From Azolla caroliniana (lineage: Eukaryota; Plantae; Polypodiophyta): DNA of 64,000 bases. The notes beneath the pieces were generated by a model. That model worked only from the letters and a program-made list of their open reading frames with translations. It was not told where the DNA came from and did not search any database. The stretch is from contig JBHGNT010000016.1 of NCBI GenBank assembly GCA_043228905.1, positions 13,144,001 to 13,208,000 on the forward strand. The letters run 5' to 3'. Positions 25,401 through 39,055 of the stretch are shown one piece after another. Made by a program: the position numbers and the translations under genes. The number at the start of each line of letters is the position of its first letter. Within the stretch, counting starts at the first letter, position 1.

Positions 25401-26072
25401 GCATGACGGGATGGGAGCCGAGAGCGGGTAGGACGGTTGAGCGTCGTAATGGTAGCTGGGAGTATCCACCGATGTTGTTCGTTGTGGTGCACAACGTGAA
25501 CCGGGCGTGCCAAATTGTGTTGTCTCCTTCTCGGAAGCAACACCTTTGATTACCCCTATGGTAATCAGATCAGGGGATTGTGGTACGTGGTGGAGGTCTG
25601 GGTGAGAGAGGGATTGCTCGGCAATCTAATTCATACAGTGAGACAGTCAACGTACGTTAGCCGTAAAACAAGATCTTAATTCGAGATGGTATAGTTCAGA
25701 AATGATCTCAAGACATAGAACAGATTGGACCTAAAACTAGATATATATTATGTAATCTGGAACAGTAATACACGGCGCACAACCGGAGTTACAAACAGAA
25801 AGCTCAATTAGATATCCTATGTGTCTTAGTACTGTATTCCTATTCTAAATAGTTAGCTTCTCTTCCCTCTTTTGTCCTCCTCCTCTGTTTCGTTTTTGCT
25901 TCACATTTTATAGTTTTCTTTCCCGCTTAGTGTGCTTCAGTCTTTACTCGTTTCTGGCCCACCTTTCACGTCTGCATTTTCTTCGCCACCTTCCTTGTTA
26001 TGGTTGTCTTTACCTACTTCACCTACATCCATATTCAATTCATACCCAAATTACCAATCTGTCCCACAGACA
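22430..26072 (-). mobile_element. Truncated Ty3/Gypsy (Tat/Athila-like non-chromovirus): LTR, gag, PR, start of RT
   Basis: Gag 24449-25543 (CTTCAKSGNLAIDC), protease CIIDSGLGVNVIS, RT WLSPIIVVPKKNGQIRVCVDYRKL; LTR-like region ~25650-26072 with a minus-strand TATA; boundaries approximate. Confidence 0.8.
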
Positions 26073-26586
26073 ACATGGAAACCCAAACTGGTAAAAACCA
26101 TGGGAGCCCACAGACTCCGAACCAAATCACTATATTGAGAGGAATACAATAAGAACCTTCAAGGCACCGACCTTGAGTTCTTCTTCATCTAAACAAATGG
26201 TTTTAGAATTACAACTCTCTCACACACTCTCACTCCCACTCTCTAGTTACAGAGGCAACAATCCACAGTAATTGTACAACCACAAGCAACAAGAATAATA
26301 ATCCCATAATGATTGCCCTAGTTGTATTTATACTAATACAACATTCAGGGCTATTTATAAATATAACCCACAGGGCACATTAACTCCATTTATAGATATA
26401 GCCCTGAGTCGGCTTCAACAAATTCAGCTATTAGACGAATCGATTCGGATTCGATTTTCGGTCACAACCGAATTGAACAATTGGTTTGATTTTTCGGCCT
26501 CCATCGAGTTGTTCTCAACCGATTCAGTTCTCCCTTTTCTTCGACTTGTGCTCGTCTTCACATCTAGAGGGACCTGTTACCTAACA
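26073..26586 (-). mobile_element. Partial Copia-type LTR (family B)
   Basis: Ends CTAACA at 26586; shares catggaaaccc...aaaaaccatgg and gtccctc motifs with the LTRs at 32839, 46216 and 51096. Confidence 0.7.
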
Positions 26587-27424
26587 TGTAGAAAAATCTA
26601 TCTATGGCTGATTATACTGCCCAAATCAAGGAGATATGTGACTCCCTCACCTCCGTCAACGTACCATCAAGGAGGATGAAATGGTTCAGGTTTGCATCAA
26701 GGAGGATGAAATGGTTCGGGTTGGCATCTAAGTTTGGAGCATTCTGAATAGCAGTCTACACCAAGGAGAATACATCGTCTCTCTTCGAACTGTAGTGGAT
26801 GCTACTCATTGAAGAAAACCACACGGGTGCATTGACGAGTGCGCATGTCGACAACGCCGATACCCTGCAAGGAAAGGCTATGACAGATTGTTGGTGTTGT
26901 GGCCGAAAGGGCCAGAGAGAGAGAGAGAGAGAGAGAGAGTACTCGAAAAAGCGGGACAATTTAGAAAAGAATGGAACGAGTCGGGGTGATGCAGATAGGT
27001 GTCACAGATCACACTTCGTTGAAGGCTTAGGGCTAGTCGGAACATGCCCAACTCTTGTAATGAAGCATAAAGCCAATCAAATGGGAATCCGCACCTCTAA
27101 GCCAGATCAAGTGTGGTATGTGGATTCCGGAGCTTCCAACCACATGAAGAACCATGCAGAATGGTTCTCCTTTCTTGAGAAGCTAGAACAGCTAGGAGTT
27201 GTCAAAACCAACGACAATACCATGCATCCCATCAAGCACATGAGCGATGTACCACTCAGACATGTTAGGTAGAAAGGACTGATGCAGAATGTGTTGCATG
27301 TCCTAACGATTGCGAAGAACTTAGTTTTTGTTGGACAAATCATTGACCAGGGAATGCATGTACAGTTTAATCACCATGGTTGCGTCATTGAGGATGAAGG
27401 CCGACAAATCACATGTGGGCGTTA
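26587..27424 (+). pseudogene. Copia gag-protease fragment (similar to 3150-6742)
   Basis: MADYTAQIKEICDSL, MLLIEENH, WYVDSGASNHM, LHVLTIAKNLVFVGQ. Confidence 0.85.
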
Positions 27425-30400
27425 TTACCCGTATGAGTTGTATGGGGAGGGTGAAAAACTATAGTTGTGGTATTGTGTATGTGTCATGGTTGTAACATAC
27501 GTAGCATACCGTATGCGTACAATACGTATGCTACATATTTTATAAGTATTCTAAAAAAAATTATAAGTTCTTAGAATACATATTTTAAAGGTAAAATACT
27601 TTGAATACGTTAAATATGTTAAATTCGTTGAATACGTTGAATACAAAGATACTTGAAATTTGAGTATTGTAGAGTAAATACCAATTATCTTTATTGTCCA
27701 TGGATACCACATGGTTATCTATGTTTCAATACATGTGATATACATATTTTAAAAATTAAAATGAAACTGGAGAACGTAATTAAAGTTTCAAATTCGAATC
27801 AAAGCACATAACATTTCAACCCTCAAATTGTGGAAAATGAATAAAGTGATCAAAACACTATTAGAATTTACTAATTTAGAACTTAGACTTTCTTCATACT
27901 CATAGTTATTGGTTCTTAAATTCAAATAAATATGTAAAAATCAATAATAAATTTTCTCCATGCAATTTACGATTATATTTATTCTTCTACATAATCATTC
28001 GAAGATTCAGTTGTTGTATCATCATAGTTTTCCACATAATCACTATCAGAAGATGAATCAATTGTGGTATTGTCAATGTCTTCATCCTTTTGATCTCCGT
28101 CGTCATTACCATATTCAGCATTGCAAGGAATAGGTTTAGCTTATCGAGTAAGTACCCTTCTTGTACTTGCAACTCTCACACAAGCATGAGTACGAACATG
28201 ACCTCCTCTAATAGTGCTAGAACTTGAACCTACCAATCCTTCATCCACTATCATAGTGGCAAACTTAGATCTACTCCGAATAACCTGACCAATATGCATA
28301 GCCTTTGCTTCCTTAAAATATGTTTGTGCGACTTGAGTATCAATATTGGTTATTGATGGAGGCATTTCAGGAGTCTTGTCAATGTCTATCTCATCTAGAT
28401 TCACCTAAATCAAGTAATATTTTGGTATCATAATCATGATTCATAATTTTTAAACCACAACCAATTAACAAGGCTCATTAATTAACCTATAAATGACTTG
28501 TCTAGACTCTAAACATCAAATGTCAAAGATGAATAAGAAAGATGTTGACTTGCATCGGAAGACCAGCATGAGTTTGAAAACTCTGAACAAGCCTTAAGTT
28601 TTACCTAACATATACCGATTGCTCCACTTGTTTCACCTTCAAACGATTCCTCCTTTTTGTATGTGCCAATCCATGTGCATTCCAATTTCTTTCAACAGCT
28701 CCAAAAGAGCAATCCTATGACACAAAGTATTCAGTAACGAACATATGTCATTGTAGACAATTAATAACATTGAAACAATAATAAAAAATGAACTATAATA
28801 CCTAAGACAAAACTCTACAAGCTAATGATTGTAGTAAGGCCACATTGTCCCCATATCTTTCCCACCATGAGACAGGTTTACATTTTGCAATGTGTGATTT
28901 TGATAGTTCATTGCTAAATCGGCCCACGCCATTTCTATACATGTCAAATTGATCTTGTAAGATTTCTCATTCATCTATAGAATATACCTTTCGAATATAG
29001 CCAAGCCATCCATCTGTCATCTCTGCATTCATAACTATTGGTTGATCTTTGGGCTTCCATAAAGGATGCAAAATATGGGCAACAATATGAATTGGCTTTT
29101 TCAACCAAGACCAATGACAATCAAAGCATTCCAAAACCTCTTTATATTTGCATTAACATTTGAATTTGAATCAAAACTGTAAATCATTTACTGAAATATG
29201 CATAACATAGATGATAGCAATGATTCAAAGAAATGAAAAAGATACAATGTTGAATGAATAAAAATTGTACATACTACATACTACATACAAATAATAATAT
29301 TAGAATAAAAACAAATTACTTGTCCTTGTTTGATGTGTCTTCTCTCGCTCCTCGTTGCAATGTGTCTCTAGCTCTCCTCATGAACTCATAAAGTAAGCCC
29401 ATCGTAGATCCTTCTTGATCAGTTAGTTGCAAAACAAAAAACTGTGGATGCATAATAGAAATTACAATCATAATTGAAGTCAAAGTAGAGCTATCTTGCA
29501 CAATGGACTTCACCTTGACAACATTTGGCCTTTCGGAGTCACTCCAATCCTTCCAATAGTTACTAACCACAGTTTCTACAAGGGTTCTCCAAACTCTTGC
29601 AAGCCTCTCAAGGATAATAAGAATGTAGCCAAATCGAGTGGGACTTGGCCTAAGAAGCACAAGAGACTGTAAAGAATAGTGTGGCTTGTAGACAAACCGG
29701 CTTAGTTGAATTACAACAATAAAATAGAGAATGAAGGTTTAATGGAAGCTTAAGAAAGGAGAATACACAGGAGAGACAGAGAGAGCAGAAAGCATAAACT
29801 CAATTCAAAATAATAACACTCTGTACATACAATGTGCGCAGTGAGCACTTTTATACAAGTCCATGAAAGGACTGACAGAAGTAATGACAGGTACTTCAAT
29901 GCTCATACGAGCGACTAACACTGACTCCCAAAAATATGCCTACATGCTAGGCTAGCTTTGTAAGCCTCTAACGGCCCACCAGTTCCAATACGATCCGGCT
30001 CTCCGATCCGGATCCTGGTTCCGGACACCAATCCGGTTCTCTGTTCCAGATACCGATCCTGATCCGGTTGACCTTGTCCACTCAAAACTCCCCCTCAAGC
30101 TCAACTTGAGGTCGGATTGCACTATCTGTGTTTGCGGTAGCCGGCCTTCTCCTCCAGCTCCACCTGGCGACTTCTCGCCTTGCTTGCGCTCCTAGACCCA
30201 TCCAGTTCCTCTTTCCACGACCCGTCCGGTCCTGTGCACCTCGACCTTCTCGGTCGTCTTGTCTACTCATAAGGCCCTTCTCAACTCCTTCGCTATTGTG
30301 ACTTCGGCACGTCTCGACCCATCAGTTCCTCCGTGTCGGTGTCAACTTCCACTGCCTCCACGTCTATTTGGCCTTCTATTGATGCGGCTCCTCCAAATCA

Positions 30401-31058
30401 AACTCCTTTTTAGAATTGGTTGCCTCCGATTCATTCCAACTCTTGTTCGAATTGGCTCTCTCCAATTCATCTTCATCCTCTAGACCCTTCACGACATCGG
30501 CCCATATCTGTGTTTCGGTCTTTCCGTCTTTGCCTCCCCCTTTTTGGTTTGCTTGGGCTTGGGCTCTCCGTTCTAGTGGCTCCCCATGCGTTCGGTCTCG
30601 GCTTCTTCAGTCGTGTCATGTTGTCCGACTTCTTGAGTCAGGCCAAAGTCGAAATTGGTTTCCAACTCGGTTGTTCGTTCATCTTCCCCATTCCTCCTTT
30701 CATTCCTCCCCCTCAAGTTCGGCATATCGAGGTACTAGACACCTAGTGCACTAGAAAATTGCCGCAACTTGTCCAAGCCAAGGGTTTTGCTGAAGATATC
30801 GGCCAACTACTGATTTGTCGAAACATGTAGTAGTTCCACTTCACCTGAGAGAACGCACTCTCAGACAAAATGATAGTGTACCTCGATGTGCTTAGTCCGA
30901 GCGGGAAAGACGTGATTCTTTGCCAACTGGATGTTGTTGAGGTTGTCGCAATAGATCGTTGTCGGATCAAACACCTGCACTCGCAGATCCTTCAGAAGCC
31001 TCTTGAGCCATATGGCTTCCCACATTGTGACAACCACTCCTCGGTACTCGGCCTCCGT

Positions 31059-31904
31059 TGTCTTAGTGTAAATCGCACACTATGAGAAAACTGCATTTTT
31101 GGTCCCTCCGGATGGGACATGGAGACCCGGCAAGAACCGGATGAAGAGTACCCGGTGAGAACCGAATGAAGAAGGCCGGTAAGAGTCGGTGAGAAACGAA
31201 CGAAGAGGACCCGATAAGAACCGGATAAAGAGATGAAGAGACATATTTGCAAATAGGAGAGAATATCAAAAATATTGTTATTTTATGCATAGGGCAAAAT
31301 TCGAACCTTGTACCTCCATGTACATAATGTGAAGCTTTACCATTACACTAACATATCATTAGCGTTACAAAAGTAGACGTCCCACATAGAAATGTAAGTG
31401 CACACTAGGATAAACTTTAGTTAGAAGAAAACGCGTGATAAAAGAAAAAGCTACACATGCACATCTAGCGTGCATGAACACTATAGTCGATAAAAACGCA
31501 TCAAGTTAGAAAAAGCATATTAGATAAAGCATGAAGTTGATAATTACAGAAAAAACATGGAGTGCTAAGATTCTCTCATCACTATATAAGGATGGGGAGC
31601 ACAATGTAATAGGGGGTGTGAAAAATTTGGAAATTGGATATATTTCTAAAAAACACCAATTAATAAATTATACTCGTGGGATTCACGAGATTTCTATATC
31701 CTTCTCTTTTTATCTAAATTCATATTATTATCTTAATATTGATTAATCTAATACAATACACTCGTGGGATTCACGAGGTTTCTATATCTCTTTCCTACAA
31801 CCTATCTATATTCTAATTAGTCTCAAATTCTTCCTCCTCCTAGTCCAAAACCTCAACGGTTCCCACCCGACTCACGCAACGATCCAGCGCCGAAAGGCAC
31901 GACA
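31059..31904 (+). mobile_element. Solo LTR, 4-bp-TSD group, carries a tRNA-like module
   Basis: TGTC...CACGACA termini; TSD ccgt/tcgt interrupting Copia RNaseH (ALSS|TEAEY); TATA ctatataagg at ~31582; homologous to 47569-48369. Confidence 0.88.
31293..31352 (-). pseudogene. tRNA-like A/B-box segment
   Basis: Minus strand TAGTGTAATGGTAAAG ... GGAGGTACAAGGTTCGAATTTTG. Confidence 0.65.
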
Positions 31905-32838
31905 TCGTGCTCGAGAGTGCTACTATCGGTTGCTTTTTACTGCTCCAGGCGACCGCGCGCTTCCAAGTGAAAACACATATTCAGATGTAGACATGCGGTC
32001 GCTGGCATTTTCAGCCCAATCGGCATCCGTGTATCTGACAAGTTGTCCGGCTACACTAGTCTGATACAACAACCCCTTGTCCTTAGTGCCGTTGATGTAC
32101 CTCAATATTCGGTGCACGCACTAAAGGTCCTCCACGGTTGGATGCACCATAAATTGATTGATGAAACAGAACGGATAATTGAGGTCCGGTCTGTTGAGAA
32201 GAAAGCTCAACAAAGGTATTTGATGCTTATTGAGAAATAAGCTAGAGTAGTTATTAGCTAATTAGTTACTAGTGGACATAATGGTGAAACATCTATTTAG
32301 CTACTGACAACTATTTAGCTACTGACAGCTAATTAGTTGCTTATGTAAGTGACTTATAACTTAGGTAAAAAGTATGTAGTAGAGTAGTGATTGTGTAGAG
32401 AGAAGTAAGAACAGAAAACAGAAAACTAACGAGAGCGAGTTTAGCTTTGCGTGTAATGAAATAGAAGAAGCTTTTTGGTTTCCTACATAGAGGTAAGTCT
32501 CCTTCCCCTTCCTTTCTATGTTGAGCATTAAACGATCCAGCACATCACGATCTGTTGTGCATACAGAAGAGCCGTAGTGCCTTCGTAACATGGTATCAGA
32601 GTAGAATTGCTCGTAAAGAGGAATAGTACAAATCTGAGAAGTTTGTGTCTGGTTGTTGACCTGAATCAGAAAGTTGTCTGTGAAGTTAACCGTAACAAAA
32701 GCCCTAATTTGAAAGAGAGAATGGTTGCTGAGAATGGAAGCCAAATAGTCACAAAAAAGCTGGATAAAAACAATTTCCCACCGTGGAAATTCAAAATGAC
32801 AAATTTCCTGATGGGAAAAGGATACTGGGATTACATTG

Positions 32839-33612
32839 TGTTGACAGGAACTAAACGCTCGTTATGCGCAACGCTCAGCCACAACTGAGCTTAGAATCAT
32901 ACACAGAAAACGAGAAAGGTGAAGACACAACACAAAGGAGAAAAAAGTACACAGGATGTTTACGTGGAAAACCCAAACTAAGGGAAAAACCACGGCAACC
33001 CACAGGCTGCAAACTATCACTATGTTAGAATGTACAACAGTGAGTTCGCGGAGGCAACGACCTCGTGCTCACGATCTTCGCCACAGGCGGCGGTTACAAT
33101 AGAGGCAACGACCTCTTCCTCTCTCTCTCACTCTCTGTACACTGTTACACACACTCTCTTCTTACACCAACAAGAAAATGACAACAACTACTAAAAGTTT
33201 TCCCTAAGTCATATTTATACTAATATGACTTTTCGGCTATTTACAAATATAGCCATGATGGACTCTCAGAAACACATTTACGAATATGTCTCTTCATCTG
33301 GTGAGCACTTCTCACCGGGTCTGCACCATCCGGCTCTCCGTAGCCGGGTACTCCTCATCTGGTTCTCACCGGGTCTACACCATCCGGCTCTCCGTAGTTG
33401 GGTACTCCTCATCCGGTTCTCACCGGGTCTGTACCATCCGGCTCTCCGTAGCCGGGTACTCCTCATCCGGTTCTCACCGGGTCTGTACCATCCGGCTCTC
33501 CGTAGCCCGGTACTCGTCATCCGGTTTCGGCCTTGGCCTATCGGCCTCGGCCGAGTTTGTTCATCGGCACTGTTCTTCTCCCTTCCCATCCGGAGGGACC
33601 TGTCTCCCAACA
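32839..33612 (-). mobile_element. Solo LTR (family B) containing 54-bp tandem repeats x4
   Basis: TGTTG...CAACA; TSD CATTG; interrupts gag (WDYI|EGD); repeats at ~33310-33525. Confidence 0.92.
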
Positions 33613-34629
33613 CATTGAAGGAGACCTAGATGAGGCTCTAGAGATCCCTGAGGAAAATGCAACTATTGCACAAATTAAAGCATTTAAGAAATGAATCAAG
33701 GGGCAAGGAAAGTAATGCATTGGCTATCACTTAGCATCTCAGATTCGATGCTTGGACACATACAAGATGTTATGGTTCCAAAAGAATCTTGGGACAGTTT
33801 AGTAAAACTGTTTGCAGTGAACACAAATGCTAGAAAGCTTCAATTGAAGACTGAGCTAAATACCTTGGAAAAGGTAAGATGTTAGTGAATGACTATGCTC
33901 TAAAAATAAAGGGCATATGTGAATCATTTGCTTCTATTAATGTGAAGGTAGAAGATGATGATAAGGTGGAAATATGCTTAAGAGGCTTAGGACCTCAATA
34001 TAAAAGCCTCAAAACATCTATTCTCACAAGGGATAGCATCCCAAGTTTTCCAGATCAGGTTTCAATGCTTGTAGTGGAAGAAAGAAATCAGATGGATGAT
34101 GTAAACAAAGGAAACTTTGAGAGTGAGGGGCAAGCCCTCTACAATAGTGCTGGAAGAGGCCATGGAAGAGGCCATGGAAGAATTGGTGCTAGAACCAACA
34201 ACAATTATCAAGGAAGAGGACAGCAGGTTGTAAGTGGAAGAAACAACATCAAAGGTAGGGGGAGCAATCGAGGTAGAGGTAAGCAAACTTATTTGAATAA
34301 TGATGGTTGTTGGTATTGTGGAAAACCAGGCCGTACACAAGCTAAATGCTATAAAAAGCAAAATGATGAGAAAAGAGGGAAGTGACAGCAAAATAATTAT
34401 GCCTCAACTAGTGAGGACTGTGATAAAGATGGTGCATTTGTGGTGCAACATGAAACAACAACAATGGATGAATGTTCACAGAGATGCAATGAAGAGTGTA
34501 TGTGGTATGTAGATTTTGGGGCATCTAATCATATGATAGGACATGCAAACTGGTTTGAAAGTCTAAGAGAACCAGATATTCCTGGTTATGTACAGACAAG
34601 TGATTGTCATGAAGACATACATTTTGGCC

Positions 34630-34692
34630 TTACAAGGATTCGAGCCCAAAACGTCTTGGTCTATATGTTAGACCTTCAACCATTATAATAAC
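34630..34692 (-). pseudogene. tRNA-like A/B-box segment
   Basis: Minus strand TATTATAATGGTTGAAG ... GGGCTCGAATCC. Confidence 0.5.
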
Positions 34693-34750
34693 ATATATGA
34701 TGTATAGTTATAATAAATGTATTATTAGTTATTACAAGATATTTAGAGTA

Positions 34751-34783
34751 TTCTAGAACATTCTAGAATATTCCAGAACATTC
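34751..34783. promoter_or_regulatory. Heat-shock element array (7 alternating nGAAn/nTTCn units)
   Basis: TTCtaGAAcaTTCtaGAAtaTTCcaGAAcaTTC, ~100 bp upstream of the LTR TATA. Confidence 0.7.
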
Positions 34784-35193
34784 TATAGTATTCTAAAACA
34801 TTCTAGGATATTCCATGATTATATTAAATATCATAAATATCTAAAATATTCTAGAACATTCTAGAATACTCCATAAGGACCTATAAATAGGTGTCTATTC
34901 ATTCATCACAACTCATTCGGTTCAAACTGTCGAGACTTGAGAATAGGAGAGAGAAAGATAAGATGACAATAGAAGGTATAGAGAGAGAGAGAGAGAGAGA
35001 GAGAGAACATTAGAAATGGAAAGAGAGTTTATATTATAAGAGAGCAAGGATTACAAAGAGTAGGCTAAGGGCCTACAAACTGTGTCTATTCATTCATCAC
35101 AACTCATTCTATTCAACACCAGTTTGTAGCCCCTTAGCCTACTCTTTGTAATCCTTGCTCTCTTATAATATAAACTCTCTTTCAATTTCTAGT

Positions 35194-35251
<58 letters not shown>

Positions 35252-38200
35252 CCTTCTATTGTCATCTTATCTTTCTCTCTCCTATTCTCAAGTCTCGACA
35301 GTGATAATACTACTCACCAAATAGAGCATGTTGGAGATATCCCATTCTGGGAAGAAAAAGGAAAAACAAAATATACATTGAATGTTATCCATGTGCCAAA
35401 CCTTACAAAAAAACTGATTTCTGTTGGACAGATAGTGGAGCAAGGAATGCAAGTTAAGTTTAAGAAAAGTGGATGCTTTATAGAGAAACAGGGCAAGCTT
35501 ATTGCGAAAGGAAAACAACAAGGAAGGATGTTTGTGTTAGATGTGGATATGCCTAAAAAGATTACAGCCATGTTTGTAGAAGGAATGAGTGTAATCTCAA
35601 ATGTGGAAATGTGGCATAAAAGAATCGGTCACATAAGTATGCAAACCTTCAAAAATATGTTGAGGAAAAATGTTGTGGTTGGACTACCTAAGTTGAAAGA
35701 TTGTGAGATGAGCAAAATATGTGAAGAATGCCAATATGGAAAGCAAAACAGGTTACCTTTCCCTCATGAAAGACATGTAAGCAAAATTTTGTTGGATTTG
35801 GTACATACAGATGTATGGGGACCAACAAAAAATGCATCAATTAGTGGATGTAAGTTTTATGTAACATTTATTGATGATTGCTTAAGGAAAACATGGGTTT
35901 ACTTCATGAAAGAAAAAAGTGAAGTATTTGATTGTTTTTGTAAGTTTAAATGCATGGTAGAAAAGCAGGCTGGAACTAGAATAAAATGTTTAAGATCTTA
36001 CGAAGGAGGACATTACTTCTCAAATGAATTTTCTGATTTTCTATGCAATCAAGGAATAAGAAGACAGTTCACATGTAGATATACTCCACAACAAAATGGA
36101 GTTGCTGAGAGACAAAACAGAACTTTGGTGACCATAGCAAGGGCTTTAATGACAAAAAAAAGAAGCCATTGTATTACTGGGCAAAAGCTGTAAACACAGC
36201 AAATTATATTCTAAATAGATGTATAACATTTGGAGTGCATGAAGTAACTCCTGAAGAATGTTTCTATGGCGGGAAGCCTAGTTTAAAACACTTAAAAGTG
36301 TTTGGATGCCTTGCTTATGTTCATGTACCTACTGAAGTGAGAAGTAAGCTTGATCCACAAGCTGAAAAATGTATTTTTGTTGGATATTCAAAGGAGCAAA
36401 AAGGGTATAGATGTTATAACCCTTTGACAAAAAAGATTGTAGTAAGTCAGGATGTAATATTTGATGAGTTGGGCAGTTGGTACAGCCCAAAATAAAATGT
36501 AGAAACTTATGAAGACAATGAAAATGAAGACAGGGATAAATCTGAAAATGTAAGAGATACCCACAAAGATGGAAAACAATGTTGGACATCAAAGTTCAAC
36601 ATCAATAGAATGTATAGGACCATCAAAAAACTCTAGTAGTAAATTTGATTCAAATGCATGGAGTGGAAAACATGCAAGACATAAAAAATATGATGATAAA
36701 AAGGGAAAACAGAAAATGCCAGAATATGAAATGCTTGATGATGGGTCTAGAAACATGGAAGATGTAGATTCAGATACATCATTGAATAATGATCTTGGTA
36801 TAGGAGCCTTGAAAATCCCTAGTATGGAAAAGGCAATGAAAGATGCAAATCATAAACTGAGAAGATCAGATAGAGAGAAAAAAACAGTTAAAAGATTTGG
36901 TTATGATACATACATGGCTATGCATTATGCATATATGTCTAAAGTGGTACAAATCCCTGATCCAAATAATTTTGATGAAGCAAAATCTGATAAGAAATGG
37001 GTGAATGCAATGCAAGAAGAAATAGATGAATTGGTTGAAAACAGAACATGGGATTTGGTAAAGTTACCGAAAGGAAAAAATGTTGTAGGTTGCAAATGGG
37101 TCTACAAGACAACATAAAGCAAGACTTGTGGCAAAGGGATATACCCAAATGCATGGAATTGATTATGATGAAACATTTGCACCGGTTGCAAAGATGGCAA
37201 CATTGAGAACACTACTTGTTGTGAGTGCAGCCAAAAGATGGGTTCTACACCATATGGATGTAGAAAATACTTTTTTACATGGTAACTTGGAAGAGGAAGT
37301 ATACATGTGTCAACCACCAGGTTTTGAAGATAAGAGGCATCCAGAATATGTATGCAGACTGAAAAAGGCTCTCTATGGATTGAAACAAGCACCAAGGGCA
37401 TGGCATAAAGAACTTTCAGAATCTCTGAAAAATTTTGCTTTCAAAATGTCAAAGGTTGATCCATCATTGTATGTAAAAAGGATAAATGATTGCATTGTTG
37501 TTATTTTGATTTATGTTGATGATTTAATCATTGGAGGTGATTCCATGGATGAAATTAGCAAGCTGAAAAAAAATCTTGAAATGCAATTTCGTATGAAGGA
37601 TTTGGGAGAGCTGAGATACTTACTTGGCATTGAGATGATCAAATTTGAAAGTGGTATATATATGTTGCAAAAATAGTATGCAACAACTATGTGGAAGAAG
37701 TATGGTATGCTTGGATGCAAACCTATTGGTGTACCACTAGATAAGAACTGCAAATTGAGGGCTGATTTGGGAGCCAAAATAGAATATGTAAACATGCATA
37801 GGTCTATGGTGGGCAGCCTCATATATTTGACTATAACTAGGCCTGATTTGAGTTATGTAGTTCGATTAGTCAGCCAGTTTATGCAACAACCAACAAAGTC
37901 ACACTTGGACTGCATTAGAAGAATCTTGAGGTATGTAAAAGCTACTTAGAACTACGGACTGTTTTACAGGACTGGTCTGGACATAAAGTTGGAAGGATAT
38001 ACAAATGTTGATTGGGCTAGAAGCCAAACTGACAGAAGATCCACAAGTGGATATATGTTTACATTGGGAAGTGCAGCTATTTCATGGAGTAGCAAGAAAC
38101 AAGCTATAATTGTTGCATTATCAAATACTGAAGCTGAATATAGAGGAGCTGCAATAGCTACCTATGAAGAGGTATGGATCAAAAGACTGCTTGCTAATTT

Positions 38201-39055
38201 GGGAGAATATATAGATGGTGTTGTCACAATTTGGTGTGACAATATGAGTAGCATTCAACTCGCAAAAAACCCAGTGTTCCATGCAAGAACAAAGCACATT
38301 GAAGTGCATTATCACTTTGTTAGAGAAAAAGTGATTGATGGAGAAGTGGATCTACTGTATGTAAGTACAAATCAGCAAGTGGTTGATATTCTTACAAAAG
38401 GATTGAGCATGGAAAGCATGGTACCTGAAAAGCATGAAGAAAAGAAGATTGAACATAATCCCAAGAAAGGATAAGTTGAGCTTGAGGCGGAGTGTTGAGA
38501 AGCAAGCTCAACAAAGGTATGTGATGCTTATTGAGAAATAAGCTATAGTAGCTATTAGCTAATTAGCTACTAGTGGACATAAAGGTGAAACAATTATTTA
38601 GCTATGCACAGTTATTTAGCTACTGACAACTAGTTAGTTGCTTATGTAAGTGTCTTATAACTTAGGTAAAAAGTATGTAGTAGAGTAGTGAGTGTGTAGA
38701 GAGAAGTAAGAACAGAAAACAGAAAACTAACGAGAGCGAGTTGAGCTCTGCGTGTAATGAAATAGACGAGGCTTTTTGGTTTGCTACATAGAGGTAAGTC
38801 TCCTTCTCCTTCCTTTCTGTCATGAGCAATAAACAATCCAACGCATCACGATCCATTGTGCACACAGAAGAGCTATAGCGCCTTCGTAACATGGTCGGGT
38901 GATGGTCAGATATATAAGGCTTTCGACGATCTGTCAAAACCTTTTCGGGTTGCATGCCATTCTGGAGTCGGGGCGGATCTTCACATTCTGGTCCAGAGCA
39001 GTCAAGATGGATTTGCATTCCGTCATACAGAATTTGATAAGCATACTCAACACGT

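Larger units (their letters stand above)
34605..35300 (+). mobile_element. Solo LTR with tRNA-like module, HSE array and inverted U5 duplication
   Basis: TGTCA...CGACA; TSD GTGAT interrupting the Copia protease region; TATA at 34882. Confidence 0.92.
32192..38891 (+). mobile_element. Full-length degenerate Ty1/Copia
   Basis: 399-bp LTRs 32192-32590 and 38493-38891; PBS TGGTATCAGAG (tRNA-iMet); TSD cggtc/tggtc; gag, PR (WYVDFGAS), INT (HTDVWGP), RT (YVDD), RNaseH (SWSSKKQ, WCDN) with stops and frameshifts. Confidence 0.96.

Noticed and set aside
33225-33629. Repetitive 134-aa ORF
   Set aside because: Product of 54-bp tandem repeats within a solo LTR.
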